Positions 25,901 through 39,914 of a stretch of DNA of 64,000 bases are shown one piece after another. The notes below the pieces were generated by a model, which saw only the letters and a program-made list of their open reading frames with translations, was not told the DNA's origin and ran no database searches. Position 1 is the stretch's first letter; each line of letters opens with the position of its first letter. Source of the stretch: Lama glama (lineage: Eukaryota); NCBI GenBank assembly GCA_028534125.1, contig CM052816.1, forward strand, positions 21,950,001 through 22,014,000. Direction: 5' to 3'. Made by a program: the position numbers and the translations under genes.

Positions 25901-28737
25901 TTATAATATTTAGTTTATTAAAATGTAGTTGGAGAAAAATAATTAGATGTAAGCAGCCTATATAAGAATCAAGATTTTTCTGATAAGAAAAGTCCTAAAA
26001 TGATAAGTAAGTGGTTTGTAACTGAATTAACAAATAAATCATGGGATTATTTTTCTGTCAGGTTAGAGAATTATAATTCCTTAGATAGAGAAATAATTAC
26101 TCTACAGAAAGCCTATACATGTAGGCCTCCAGCATTAAAATGATACCTCTTGAAATAGCTATTCATTCGCTCACTTACCTAGCAAATTAATTGAAGTTCT
26201 ATTATATTTCTTATCCCTCCCAGCTTCTCCCTATAGTTTTAGGAAGATACTGAAACATGGAAAACCAAAACGAAGTATAAACTAAAATTTGTGATTAACA
26301 AGTTGTCATTCTGGGAGGAATTTACAGTTTACAAATTCAGTAATATTGAAAACAAAATTGGTACAATAACAGCACCTCGTGACCGGTGATCCTATCTGTT
26401 TAAGAAAATTAACTCTTTTAAGCACTTCTTTAATGTGGGACTCCTAGCAGAGATGTAGTGATAACTATGAATAGTGATCTATATTTTTTCCTAATTATTT
26501 TCCATTTTTAAAAAACTTTCTACAGTGTAATTTTTACATGTATTTTATGACTGCTGTAATTTTCTATATATGATTCCTCTAATTTAGTAAATATCCTGAA
26601 GTTAATTCTTTTGACCCCTGAGTTGGAGAAGAGTTATCAACTTGGATCCTTAACTGTACAAAAAATTGAGTACTGTCTATAAACTGAGTAAATAATTGTC
26701 TGATGCATATGTAGTTCACATGTATATAGATTTTTTTTTTATTAATACTATATTGAATTCATAGTAGCTTCCAGTCATACTTTCTCAGTTACTGGATACT
26801 ATTTTTTTTTTAAACATTAAAGAGGTATTCTTTTACTAGAATAATTTGGGAATTGCTGATATAGACCATATGTTTACAATTACTATTTTTTTTAAATATA
26901 TACTAAATATATCAGAAATAAAATAAGAACCTCCCTTATACAGTTGGGACTTCCGGATTAGTGGGAAAAGTCAGTTGAAGTAAGGAGTTTAAAAACTTGC
27001 ATATGTTGTAACATTTTATTTTCAGCTCAAAATATATACATATGCATTCATCTGCAAGTCCTCTGCTATTCAGTATGTTTCACAGAGGGAATGGTGAATG
27101 TTATTTCTCCGTCATGGGACCAAAAAATTTAAAATGTTATGTAAAGTGAAAAAGCATTGTAGGACTTAAATACTTTGCTTTCAAAAGATATATTTAAACG
27201 TTGGCTAGTTAGTAGCAGATTTCTCTAAAGCAAAATTTGTAAATTTTTGAAATCTCAGATCACTTGCCCTATGTATAGAAAATATTTCTCCATTGGCTCT
27301 GGTGCTTTTGGCTATGTTGCTTTGAGGTTCTTAATGGTGACCAATCCTTGGCATGTTGATGTTATGTTGGGAAAGCTTTTTACTTGTAGCCTAATTTAGC
27401 ATTTCTCTTTATCTCCCTCCCTTCCTCCATCCATGTTCCTTTTCTTCCCCAAGAATTTATGCTTTATCAAGTTCAAAATGTTTTCCAGTACTGGGGAGCA
27501 GTTTCTCTAATTCTGCCTACATAAACTTTTGAAACTGGGCCACCCTCTCTCCATTTCTTGCAAGAGCACAGGCTGTTAATGTTTTTTTCAGAGCTGGTCT
27601 GCATCATCTTGCATGTTTTATTTCAGTGAGACAACAGTGATGATTGAGGCTCAGGAGAGAACAACTAACATAGTGCCAGGTGCATAGTATGGACTGTACA
27701 AATAATTATCGAATGAATGAACTTAAAATCTACAAGCTTGCTAAGTATACTGTATAGTAAGAGATTATTCCAGACCCTTTGTTGCTAAGTTGAAGTAAAA
27801 ATATGTGGATGATTAATTAGAAGTAGGAGTAGGGGAAGAGAATAGATCAGTTGATATTTATTTACAAATGTATGAAATTCAATCTTAAGATGATTGATGA
27901 AGTAAAGAGTCAAATAGGAAAAAAAAAGATGAATTATTTAGGTAATGTGTTGAGATAGAAGCTAGCATTTAGCCTGGTCTTTCTCAGTTTTTTTGTGCTT
28001 TTTTTAAATTACTGTCCTCCTAGGGAGCTTTTCTTAAGACATTTTTTTCCTTAATTGCCACTACCCCGGCTGTGAAAAAAAAATTTTTAAGCCACCAGAT
28101 AAACCACAGATGTACTGTGTATTTTCCTATGTAATATGCCCCTTTGGAGGGCCACACCCATTGTAATATCTAAGATTTTTGGAGGGATCTTCTTTCCCCC
28201 CTCCTCCCCACCCAGAACCAAATTTGCCTCCATGGAAGCCATCTTGTTCACTGAGAATGCATATTTTAGTCCTAATTTAGTAGCCAGTAACGTATGTTAT
28301 AGAAATTCATATGGCCTTCTGAGTTGCTATGTCAGTGCCTAAAGGGACATGTCTATTTATTGTTTATTTCCTATTAGCATTCTTTTAAGGTGTCAGGTAA
28401 AAAACATGCAGAGCAGATATGCTGACATAAACTATAAATAACCCCTGGGTAGAGTCTTAAAATAGTTTGTGGTTCATCACTGAGCAGTTTTCTTACTAAT
28501 GTTTTAATTAATATTATCCTGAACACAATAGCTTAATACTGAGGAAAGTTTTGCTGTAGTATATAGATAATTTTTTGTAAATGGTGATGGTGTGCTTATC
28601 ACTGTTAATGCTTTGGCTTGTTATGTCTTCAGTTAAATTTTGATAAAAAGAGACAACACGATGATGTGGAATATGTGGTGGATTAGATATGAGAAGACTT
28701 AGATTCTAGTATAATAAAGGATCATTCTAAAGCCTTG

Positions 28738-30180
28738 GACTTTCCATGTCTTGACTATTGTAAATAGTGCTGCTGTGAGCATTGGGTTGCTTGTATATTT
28801 TCAAATTAGAGTTTTGTATTTTTTTCAGATATATAGCCAGAAGTGGAATTGCTGGATCATATGGTAGCTCTATTTTTAGTTTTCTTAAAGAACTTTCATA
28901 ATTTTTTCCATAGTGGCTATACTAATTGACATTTCCACCAACAGTGTATGGGAGTTTCCTTTTCTCCACACCCTCTCCAGCATTTACTTTTTGTAGATTT
29001 TTTGATGATAGTCATTCTGACCAGTGTAAGATGACACCTCATTGTTGTTTGCTTTGCATTTCTCTAACAATTAGAAATGTTGAAATCTTTTCATATGTAT
29101 GTCTTCTTTGGAGAAATGTCTGTTTAGATCTTTTGCCCATTTTTTGATTGTTTGTATATTGTAACCCCTTGTTGGTTGCATCATTTGTAAATATTTTCTC
29201 TCATTTCATAGGTTGTCTTTTCATTTTGTTTGTGGTTTCCTTTGCTCTGCAAAAGTTTTTAAGTTTAATTAGGTTCCATTTGTTTATTTTTGCCTTGGGA
29301 GACTGATCTAAGAAAATTTTGCTACAATTTATGTCAAAGAATGTTTTGCCTATGTTCTCTTCTAAGAGTTTTATGGTGTCGTGTCTTATATTTAGGACTT
29401 TAAAATCATTTCGAGTTTATTTTTAGGACTTTAAAATCATTTTGAGTTTATTTCTATGTATGGTGTGAGGGAATGTTATAATTTCATTGCTTTGTATATA
29501 GCTGTCCAGCTTTCCCAACACTGCTTGTTGGAGAGACCATCTTTTCCCCATTGTATATTGTTGCCTCCATTGTCATAGATTAATTAACTACAAGTGTGTA
29601 GGTTTATTTCAGGGCTCTCTATTCCATTTCATTGATCTATATGCCTATTTTTATGCCAGTACCATGCTGTCTTGATTACTGTAGCTTTGTAGCATTGTCT
29701 GAATTGTGGAAGGAGTATACCTCCAGCTTTGTTCTTTTTCCTCAGGATTGCTCTGGCACTCTTTGTGGATCCATATAAATTTTAGGATTGTTTGTTCTTG
29801 TTCTGTGAAAAATGCCCTTGGTATTTTGCTGGGGATCGTGTTAAATCTGTAGATTGCTTGGTGTACAGCATAGTAATTCACAATTTTTAAAGGTTATTCT
29901 CCATTATAAGTTTTATAAAGTATGGTCTATGTTTCCTGTGCTGTACAGTATATCCTTGTAGCTTATTTATTTTATACATATTAGCTTGTATCTCCCAGTC
30001 CTCTACCCCTATCTTGCTCCTCTCCCTTCCTATTCCCCACTGGTAACCACTGGTTTGTTCTTTACATGTGGGAATCTGTTTCTTTTTTGTTATATTCACT
30101 AGTATGTTTTATTTTTAGATTCCACATATAAGTGATATCACACAGTATTTATCCTTCTCTGTCTGACTTACTTCATAAGC
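28738..30180 (-). mobile_element. Antisense L1 fragments (ORF2 distal part ~28738-29872; 3' UTR ~29885-30180)
   Basis: ORF 29651..29881 ([29 protein letters not shown]) is L1 ORF2. The 3' UTR motif ccactggtaaccactggtttgttc follows. Confidence 0.85.
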
Positions 30181-30439
30181 ATTTGAGGTTAGTTATAAAG
30201 TGTTCTGGAATTAGTAGTGATGGTTGTATAACTTAGTGAATATTCTAAAAAGCACTGAATTGTATACTGTAAAAGGTGAATTCTATAGTATATGAAGTTT
30301 ATCACAACAATAGAAGTTAGAATGCTTTTCTCCTGAACTTATCTAAGCATTTGTAAAGTATTATCTATTAATTCAAAATAAGACTGTTTAATAGCTAAAG
30401 TTATATAGAAAGAAAGAGTATCTATGCATTCATGGCACA

Positions 30440-31350
30440 CAAAGATTTCTTAAACAACACAAAAGTTACTAAGCATAAAAGGAAAAAAACGGATAAATTG
30501 GACTTCATCAAATTTAAAACCTGCACATCAAAAGACAAAATTTTTATAAAGTCAGTCATAAACAAGAAGAACTTATTTGCAGTGTATTTAATTGACAAAG
30601 AAATTGTAAAGAGCCTAGTCAAAGAACTCCTAGAAAGCAATAAGATAAACAATTTGTCTGATTTTTAAATGGGTAAAAAGGCTTGGGTATTTCACATAAG
30701 AAAACATATCAATGATGAATGAACAAAGCACATGGAAGAGATACTAAGAGTATTAATCATCAGAAATGCAAACTAAAACGTTTTCACAACCATTAAAATG
30801 GATAAAATTAAAAGGACTAATAACACTAGTTGTTGGGAAGAATATGAAGCACTTGGAACTCTTATACATTGTTGGTAGGAGTATAAAAGGGTACAAACCA
30901 TTTTGGAAAATTATTTGGCAGCTATGATCCAGCAATTCTTTTCATAGGTACTTATCCAGTAGAAAATATATGTTCAAAGACTTTCATAGATACACTTCCT
31001 GCAGCTTTATTCATAACAGCAAAGAAACTGGGAACACCACAAGTGACCATCAATGGGAAGATGGATAAACAAGTTATGATGCACTTCTACATGGAAATAC
31101 TACTCAGAAATAACAAGGAATGAACTACCAGTCATGACATATATGAACTCTAAAACAGTGTTGAGTGAAAAAGATCCAGACACAAAAGCATGCATATTGG
31201 GATTTCCATTTGTATGTAGTTTAAAACTAGGTAAAGCTAACCTATGGTGATAGCAATCAAAGTAATGCTTGGCCGGAGGCAGAGTGTAAGGAGAATGGAC
31301 TAGAAAAGAAAATGAAGGAATTTTCTGGAGTGACTGAAATGTTCTATTCA
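30440..31350 (+). mobile_element. Old L1M ORF2 end and 3' UTR
   Basis: ORF 30432..30668 contains KDFLN...TDKLDFIKFKTCTSKD, similar to L1 ORF2. Confidence 0.8.
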
Positions 31351-31755
31351 GCCTGATGGAACTAACAACAGACAGCTCCTGGAATGGAAGTTCTCCTGTT
31401 TCTTGGCAACTATTACATAAGTTATACTGTGATCAGTTCACCAGATTAGTATCTCCATCATACAATTCATTATTTTCTCTGTTTCCATCTCCTCCTCATC
31501 TCACTCACTCCATTAATCTTTTTAATTGTGAAATACAGTGTATGCATAAAAGTACATAAAACAAATGCAGTGGCTTTTTTTTTTTTTGGTACTGTAAAGC
31601 AAATATCTGTGTAAACATTATCCAGTCAAAAAATTGAACATAGTGCCACAATCCTTTTGTTGTCCCTTTTTGATTAAACCCCCACCTAACTCCCAGAGAT
31701 ACCCACTCTCCAAACTTTTGAAACCATCATTTCCTTTGTTTTCCTTGTAGTTTTA

Positions 31756-31930
31756 TTATTTATTTATTATTATTTTTTTAAAAGCCCGTTTCTTTTTTTT
31801 TTTAATTATTTATTTTTGATGGAGGAGGTAATTAAGTTTCTTTCTTTCTTTCGTAATGGAGATACTAGGGATTGAATCCAGGATATTGTGTATGCTGCAG
31901 TCACTCCACCACTGAGATATACCCTCTGCC
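31756..31930 (-). mobile_element. Vic-1-type tRNA-Ala SINE with 15-bp TSD
   Basis: gagatactagggattgaatccagg...accactgagatatacc. TSD ttccttgtagtttta at 31741-31755 and 31931-31945. Confidence 0.85.
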
Positions 31931-31980
31931 TTCCTTGTAGTTTTAACAACTAAAAATGTATCCCTTGATAAAACTTACTT

Positions 31981-32016
31981 GAGGCAGAGAGGCAGAGAGG
32001 CAGAGAGGCAGAGGCA
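31981..32016 (+). repeat. (GAGGCAGA)n 8-mer tandem repeat, about 4 copies
   Basis: gaggcagagaggcagagaggcagagaggcagaggca read directly. Confidence 0.9.
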
Positions 32017-32888
32017 TCTATAAATGATGAAATATAGTAACTATTTGTGTGTATGTATCATTGTGTGTCATTGTCTTCTTTCTTTTGTGCAGGGTCCATC
32101 TGTGTTTTTGCCTATAGCTGAAGTTCATTTATTCTGTTTGTCGTGTAATTTCATAGTCTGAATATACTATATTTACTCATTCTATTGGTAAGAATGTGAA
32201 TTTTCAGGTTTCAACTGTTTTGAACAGTGCTGCTATGAACATTCTGTATAATGGTATACTTTTCTGGAATGGAATTGTTGGGGAGAACTTTAGTTTTATG
32301 ATATTTTGTCTGTTTGTTATTTATATGTATTTTAAAAAATTGTTCCCTTAATAAGAGTATGCCAGTTTTCACTCATACTGGCTATATTTAAGAATTTCTA
32401 CCCCTTTTGGTCATTCATCACTTTTATTTGTTTTTGTTTTATAAGTAATTAGCTACTTTATTTAAACTGAAAACTGCTTCTGTTTTTACATTTCCATATT
32501 AAATAAATAGTAACAAAAGTATTTAAAAATGTGGGTTAACCTTACACTATCTGGATCCATACCATGAAGTTAATCTGTATTTTCATTATGTTAGATGTAC
32601 TTTCATATTTTTATTATTAGCCATTTTTAGATTTATGTGGGACGACTACATTTTATATACACTGAGGAATACTTACCACAACTTTTATTCTTTCTTATCA
32701 ATCTGAAATGTCATAGCTGTATAAATTTTCAGCCCTAAACTAAATAGTGGTATTTTTTTATAAAGATCTTATGTATATTCTTGAGCAGTAATTCAACTCT
32801 GGGTTTTATTATATAGGTTTTATTTCTAAGAGTTTCTGTGGAATATTTATTAAAATAATTCTAATGGATCTTTATTTTTTTGTTAAAG

Positions 32889-33015
32889 TTGGCCTTTGTC
32901 AGAATTTGATCCAAGCCAGATTCGGCTGATTGTATATCAAGACTGTGAAAGACGAGGAAGAAATGTCTTGTTTGACTCCAGTGTTAAAAGGAAAAATGAG
33001 GACATATCAGTTTCG
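32889..33015 (+). CDS. FNIP1: FNIP1 coding exon 2 (127 nt, phase 2 to 0)
   Basis: aag|T acceptor and TCG|gtgag donor. Translates (S)[42 protein letters not shown], the start of the FNIP1 N-terminal longin/uDENN region. Confidence 0.97.
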
Positions 33016-34733
33016 GTGAGCATTATTACTGATTTGGTTGAAATGTAATGTCAAGTATTTTAATTCAAGAAAGAATGAGTAAGATTTCAATTATGGTACT
33101 TTTATTTGTCAGTACAAAATACCTTCACTATGTTTTTAAAATTTAGAGAATTGATTTTGAGAATTTTTAAAGGAAAACCATTTGTATTTTTTGTAGTTAG
33201 TCTACTACCAGAAAATAGTTAAGTTTGACATTTATTTACTTATATATGTATTTGCTTATATAATTGTATTGTGAGATATGACTAGAGCTACAGGGACTCT
33301 TAAAGAGAATCTGGTCCAAATCTCTCTTGTAGGAATTGTGGAAAGTGTGACCTAGAGAGTTGAAATTAGTTGTCTGAAGATACAAAGCAGGTTAAACCTC
33401 TAGCCCTTAGTCCATCGTATTTTCCCATACCATTCAGCAGTATCAAGAAGATTTGTTCTGTTAACTCTGATCATCATATTTTGAATTATATTATGACTAG
33501 TTTAGCATTAGTACATGGCCATTCTCTTGGTTGTCCAAGAAAACCCAAGAAAAATCCTGTTATCTTTGCTGCTGCTACTTCCCTTACACTTTCATGCATA
33601 AAGGCTCTCAGTCCCCTGGAGCTATAATCTGGAAATGGAAGCCTGGAATTATGTTTTCTCCCCTCTGTTAAATTGACAATTTTCACTAACATTTCAGTAA
33701 ACAACAGAAAACAAAATACTTTGGGAAAGCTTTTCCTACCAGTAGAATTGTATACTGAAGCAAATAACTATTTATTTTTTGAGACTTGGGAGTTTGTATT
33801 TGAAATTTTGGGTTCTTAGGGAAAATTTTGATATATTGGCCATGTCTGTTGTCTTATTTACAACAGCATCCTCAACATCTGTATAGTGACATACAGTAAG
33901 TACTTGTCTAATTTTTGAGTTATTTTGATTGTCAGATTTTAGGATCTTCTGATTAGTAACATATTTCTTAATTTTCTGGAGATTGTACTTTGTTTAGATT
34001 TCTTAAATGTTATCTGGACACTTTTTTCAATCTGACAAAAAAATTGCAAAATTTTCTTAAAATATTGTTAATTGTGCAAGTAACTACAAAGCACTGGGTA
34101 CTCGGAGATTTAACAGTCTCTGCCCTCTTGGTGCCTGCAGTTAGGCATTCTTTTAGGGGCAGTTGACATTGAACAATAAATAAACAAATAATTCCAAAAT
34201 TGAAATAAACACACAAAATTCTTACGAGATTCCACAGGAAGGAACTCATTTTTCATCATTTTGTATGTAGGGGTGTTAAGAAAGGTCTCACTGAGGAAGT
34301 GAAATTCAAGCTGACATCTGAAGAAACTAAAGACATCGTGTAGGAAATGAGTATTCCTGTTAGCTGGACCTGCAAATGTAGTCTACAAAGAGACTTAGGA
34401 GCTTTGTGAATTGAAGGATCTGAAAGAAGGCTAGTCTGGCTGGAATGATAGTAAAGTAGCTAGAGATGAAGCTGGAGAGAGAGGGAGCAGTAGCCAGAGT
34501 ATTCAGGGCCTTTTAGATCTCTGGAGTAGAAGTGTATATTGTATCCTAAGTGTATATTGTAGCCTTGGTTTATATGTTACTAATAAATTCTATTTTTTTA
34601 AAAGTATTTTGGCAAAAGCTACAAAGCTGAAAACATAAAGAAAAGAGTTTCTTCAATCTGGACATTTGTTTTCTTTAAACAGAGGGAAGCCATTAAAGAG
34701 ATCTGGTTTACATTTCAGAAAATCACTTTGTTA

Positions 34734-36160
34734 GAGAGTCCAGAAATACACTCACACATATGTGGTCAGTTAACTTAAAACAAAGGAGCCAAGGAATGTA
34801 CAGTGGGATAGGACAGTCTCTTCAATAAATGATACTGGAAAACCTGGACAGCCACATGCAAGAGAATGAAACTGGACTACTCTCTAACACTGTGGACAAA
34901 AACTAATTCAAAATGGTTCAAAGTCTTGAACGTAAGACCTACTGAAACCATTAAACTAGAAGAAAACGTAAGCAATTAGCTCCTTGGTATTGGTCTTTGC
35001 AATTATTATGTTTGTTTGGTTTTTTTTTTTTTTTGATTTGAGACCAAAAGCAAAGGCAACAAAGGCAAAAATTAACAAGTGGGATTACATCAAACTAAAA
35101 AGTGTCTGCACAGCGAAGGAAACTATCAACAAAATGAAAAGGGAGCCTACCAAATTGAAGAAAATATTTGCAAATCATGTATTTCATAAGGGGTTAATAT
35201 CCAAAATAGATGAAGAACTCATACAACTCATTGGCCAAAAAAAAAACAATCTAACTGAAAAGTGGGCAGAGGATCCAAAAGGACATTTTCTAGAAAAGAC
35301 ATACAGATGGCCAACAGGTACATGAAAAGGTGCTCAGCATTGCTAATCAGGAAAATGTTAATCAAAACCACGATGATGTATCACCTGAACTTGTTAGAAT
35401 GGCTGTTAGGAAAAAGGCAAGAAATGACAAATGTTGGTGAGGGTGTGGAGAAAAGAGAACCCTTGTGCACTGTTGATGGAAATGTAAGTTGGTGCAGCCA
35501 CTATGGACAACAGTATGAAGATTCCTTAAAAGATTAAAAATAGAACTATCATATGATCCAGCAATTTCACATCTGGGTATTTATCTGAAGAAAATGAAAA
35601 CACTGACTTATATGACTTATAACATTATAATAGCCAAGCATGAAAGCAGACTAAGTGCCCATTGATCAGCATAAAAAAGAAGGAAGCCTTGCCATTTTTT
35701 GGCAACATAAATGGATCTTGAGGGTATTATGCTAAGTGAAGTTAGTCAGACAAAGAAAGACAAATAACTGTATGATTTCACTTATCTGTGGAATCTAAAA
35801 AACTGAACTGCTAGGAGAACAGATAGGTGGTTGCCAGAGGCAGGCGTGGGGAGTGGGAAACATGAGTGAAGGGAGTCAAAAGGTACAAACTTTCAGTTAT
35901 AAAATAAGTAAGTCATGGGGATGTAATGTACAGTATGGTCACTGTAGTTAATAATACTGTATTACATATTTGAAAGTTGCTAAAAAGAGTAGATCTTCAA
36001 AGATCTCATAACAAAAAAATTTTTTTTGTAGCTAGGTATAGTGATGAATGTTAAGTAGACTTATTGTAATCATTTTGCAGGATATACAAATACTGTATCG
36101 TTACGTTGTATATCTGAAACTAATGTGTCAATTATAGTTCACTTTTTAAAATTTAGTTTA
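34734..36160 (+). mobile_element. 5'-truncated L1 (L1MA-like) ORF2 end plus 3' UTR
   Basis: ORF 34984..35325 has [33 protein letters not shown]. Degenerate TSD aaaatcactttgtta / aaaattgctttgtta. Confidence 0.9.
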
Positions 36161-36774
36161 AAAAATTGCTTTGTTATGTAGAGAAAGTTTGGATGTGAGG
36201 GGGTGAGGGAGAAGGAAGTGTTTGTTGATTTCAGTGTTTTGGTTTTGATAGCTGAGTAGTGAGATACCTAAGTCAGAATTGTAGATGATCAAACAGACAG
36301 TTGAAATCTAAGGCTAGTTGCAAATGTAATAAGCATGTCTTCTTTGTATTTAGACTGGTAATAAATCGCCCAGTAGAATTTGAGACTGACAGGTTAACAG
36401 TGATTGATTAATCACAACTCTCTTGATTATTTTTTTAGCAAATATTCATTGAAGTTTCTTTTTTTGTTCTTGATACTGTTCCATTGAATTGCAGCATAGA
36501 CCTCTTCTTTACTATTTGTCTTGATTAATGCTGTTCACTGTTTTGTTACCATTCTTCCCTTTTGTCTCCAACAGAAACGACTTATGCTTTTTTCTTGAAT
36601 CCTCCCTGCCCACCTTTTCTGGGATGATGCTTCTTTAGTCTTACTAGTTTTCTCTCCTTCTGAGGTCTCCTCCTTCCCTTTCAGTTAGCTTTTTTCCTTT
36701 GCCTGCAAATTCTCACAAAGCCTCTTTACCCAACACCAACAAAATGATTATCCTTTTACTCTTTCTTTCATGTA

Positions 36775-36980
36775 TACTTTCTTCTTTTTCTGTCTGTCTG
36801 CCTCTTTTTGTCCCTCTCAGTCTTCCTTCTCAGTGATAGTTTGTGTCTTTTAATCTCTCTGCCTCACTATATCTCAGACTCTCCTCAGTCTCTCCTTTTT
36901 ATCTTTTTGTCTCTCCTTGATGTCTCTTTTTGCCCTCATCTCTGTGTCTCTTAGTCTCCTCTCTGTCTCTGTGTCTCAGT
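36775..36980 (+). repeat. CT-rich low-complexity polypyrimidine tract
   Basis: Degenerate (TCTC/TGTC)n composition. Confidence 0.75.
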
Positions 36981-38319
36981 AGTAATTTGTCTACTGGCTG
37001 TAATCTTATACCATGCACTCATCCCTCAGTCCTCTGAAATTTTCCTGTCAGGCTACTTTTTCAAACTTTTCTCTAGACTCATCAGTGACTAGAAATCAAA
37101 TAGCTTTGAATATTTCTAGTCTCACTTGTTCTATACGTATATTCTCATCCTGTGTGCCACTTTCCTTGATGAAGGTTTATCATCTTTCAAGGTTAATTTT
37201 ATCACAGCTTTATGAGTCCTTTCTGATTCCTCTAGGTATATTTCTTTTCTCCTCCATCAGATTTCTCATAGACTTTTGTTGTTAGTCTTTCATGGACTTC
37301 TATGTCATAGCTAGAGGTGTACATATGTTTGTTATTTAATTGAAAAAAGAGTTAAAATTTTATTATTCACCTTTTTTCCTTACCTGCAGACTGCCTCATT
37401 TGTGGTAAATACTGAGAATATATTTTGATCAATTTTAATTACAGTTAGGAAGTTTATTATCAAAATCCTGTAAATACTTTCATAAAGATTTTATATGTTC
37501 CTTTTGAACACTACAGAACACACTGTTTTCCCCAAATTGCAACATGTTGGAATCATTAAGTGATTTTTTTCATTGGCTTTACTGTACCTAAACCCTTGAA
37601 ACATCAAATCATATGGGTTCTATATAGTCAAAGAAGGATTGTGTGATGTAAATGATGATTTCAGTCATTTTACACAATATTTTGTGCCCATACATAATGA
37701 TGTAGTTTAGGCATTAGTAGTTTCCTGAATATTATCTTATAATTCTGAAATAAAATCATATTAATCAATATATAGCTTTCTCAGAATGTGTATTTTCCAA
37801 CTGTATTATATTCTGTGAAAAAGGACTTGAATATTCAATGATTTTAATCAAGAAACTTGTTTATAAAATTTTTTTTTACGCTTGATCCTCAGACCTTACT
37901 CATCTTACAGCTGAAATGTAAAAATTACTGAAATGTGGTTTCTTTGAATACTGATACAGCCAAATGGACCAAGTGTGATATGATCACATGATACTATCTT
38001 TATCCTGGACATTGTTTTTGTGTTAACAATAATGCAGTGCTATTTCATGTGTTCCCGGTGAAGTTACATGATTATGCACGTTTCATCCTTCATTGGTTGT
38101 ACACAGGAATAAAACTGTACATCAGCAGGTTCACATCATTTTGGAAAGAAGAATACAAATTATAATGTGTGAGAGTTTTGTGTACTCCAAAGCATTGTAC
38201 AGATGCTAATAGTTGAATCTTAATTGTGATATAAAATTTGGAACATAGGATTTGGTTAGGTAATTAAATTTATATAAAAATTAATATACAGGAACCATTA
38301 AGCTCAGTATATACAAATA

Positions 38320-39900
38320 ATTTCCAATTAGATGATACAAAAGGAAGCTAAGGCTCCATTTAAAATAGCAACTTTTTAAAAGTGCCTTTTCATAAACTTA
38401 ACAAAACCTATATGTTTAGAAGTCTCCTGAGGTACATAAATGCTTACTTGAGCAAATGAAGAGGCAAAATACATCCTTGGGTAATATACTCAGTGTCATA
38501 AAGCTGTCCATTCAAAGTTGCTTCATAGAATAATGCTGTCTCAATAAATATTGTTGCTGTTATTTTTGGTGGAAATGGTGTCTGGAACTAGATAGCAGAT
38601 TCTAAAGTTCAAATGGAAAAAAATCAGCAGTAATAGGTTGGAAAACCAGAAGAAGAGTAGTGAGGATGAATTAGCTCTACCAGATTTGAAAATATACTAT
38701 GAAGTGTTAGTAATTTTTAAAAACATGTTACTGGATCATAAACAGACAAACAGACTAATGGAATGAAATAGAGGATTATTTAGAAATCTAAAAAAATGTC
38801 AGAATTTAGTATATGATAAAGGCATCATCTTGAATCAGTGTGGTAAAGATTAATAAGTGATATTGAGACAGCCATTTAGAAGAAGGATACACTGATTCAT
38901 ATCTCAAGTATATGAAAATTTAAATGTAAAAAACTCCTATAATATTACACAAAAGAAAGCATGACTTAAGTTCTTTTGTAACTGTAATAGAAAACACCTT
39001 CCTAGCTATGACTTAGACTCCAGAAACTGTAAAGTAAAAGACTTACAAATTCGACAACCAAATTAAAAAAAAAGAGAAAACTTGGATGGTGAACAAAACG
39101 GAGCAAAAGCAAACAAACAGATAAGCAAAAAAGAAAAAAAAACACCATAAGGAAAATTAAAAGACAAATGATATCCTGGGGAAACATTTTTATAGCATAT
39201 AAGACCAGCTGGTAATCTTTCTATATAAAGAGTTCCTAGGAGTCAAGACAGAAGTACGCAGTAGAAAATTGGGTGAAGTAAACTGACCATACTTCAGTAA
39301 GAATATGTATATACATATGAAAATTGGGTGAAGGATAAGAGCAGAGAGTTCACATACAAATGGCCATTACACATTTAATAAGATTCTTCCTCTCATCCGT
39401 AATAAAGGAAATGAAAATGAAAACTATTTTATTTATTTATTTTAGTTCTTCCTTTTAGATTGGCAAAAATGAAAATGTTGAATGACAGCGCTTTGCTGTT
39501 AGAGTGAGTGAAATGATATCCATGGAGGGTAATTGGGCAGTATCTACCAAAGTTACATGTGTTTATGTTTCAAGAGAGCAGTCCTTCCAGCGATGTCATT
39601 AACTTATGACTGATTAAATAAGCTATAGATATTTACACAGTGGCACACTCTGCAACTGTATTAAAAAAAAAAGAACGAGGAAAATTTCTAAAGATAGATG
39701 AGAAGATTCTCTATGATGTTAGTGGAAAATAAAGCAAGGGCAGAACTGAATCACTTACCTTTTCTGAAGAGTAGAGGAAATGGAATATGCTTGTATTTGC
39801 CAAAAGAAATACTGGAAGGATAATAATAGTCCTGTAGGAATGATTTTACCTATTGGGAATGTGTGGAGTGGGGAAAAAGGGTCATGCAAGAAGAGTGGGA
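38320..39900 (+). mobile_element. Very old degenerate L1M (ORF2 distal part and 3' UTR)
   Basis: gattctaaagttcaaatggaaa...agctctaccagatttgaaaatatactatgaag...acagactaatggaatgaaatagag. Confidence 0.7.
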
Positions 39901-39914
39901 CCTAGATTTCTTTC

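Larger units (their letters stand above)
1..32888 (+). other. FNIP1: 3' part of FNIP1 intron 1 (exon 1 and promoter lie upstream of the window)
   Basis: No CpG island or MAPTLFQKLF-coding sequence seen. The first exon found starts mid-codon. Confidence 0.9.

Noticed and set aside
37652..37728. Possible C/D snoRNA (ATGATGA ... CTGA spanning 77 nt)
   Set aside because: No convincing terminal stem or recognisable rRNA/snRNA guide, it is far from the 3' splice site, and such motifs are expected by chance in AT-rich DNA.
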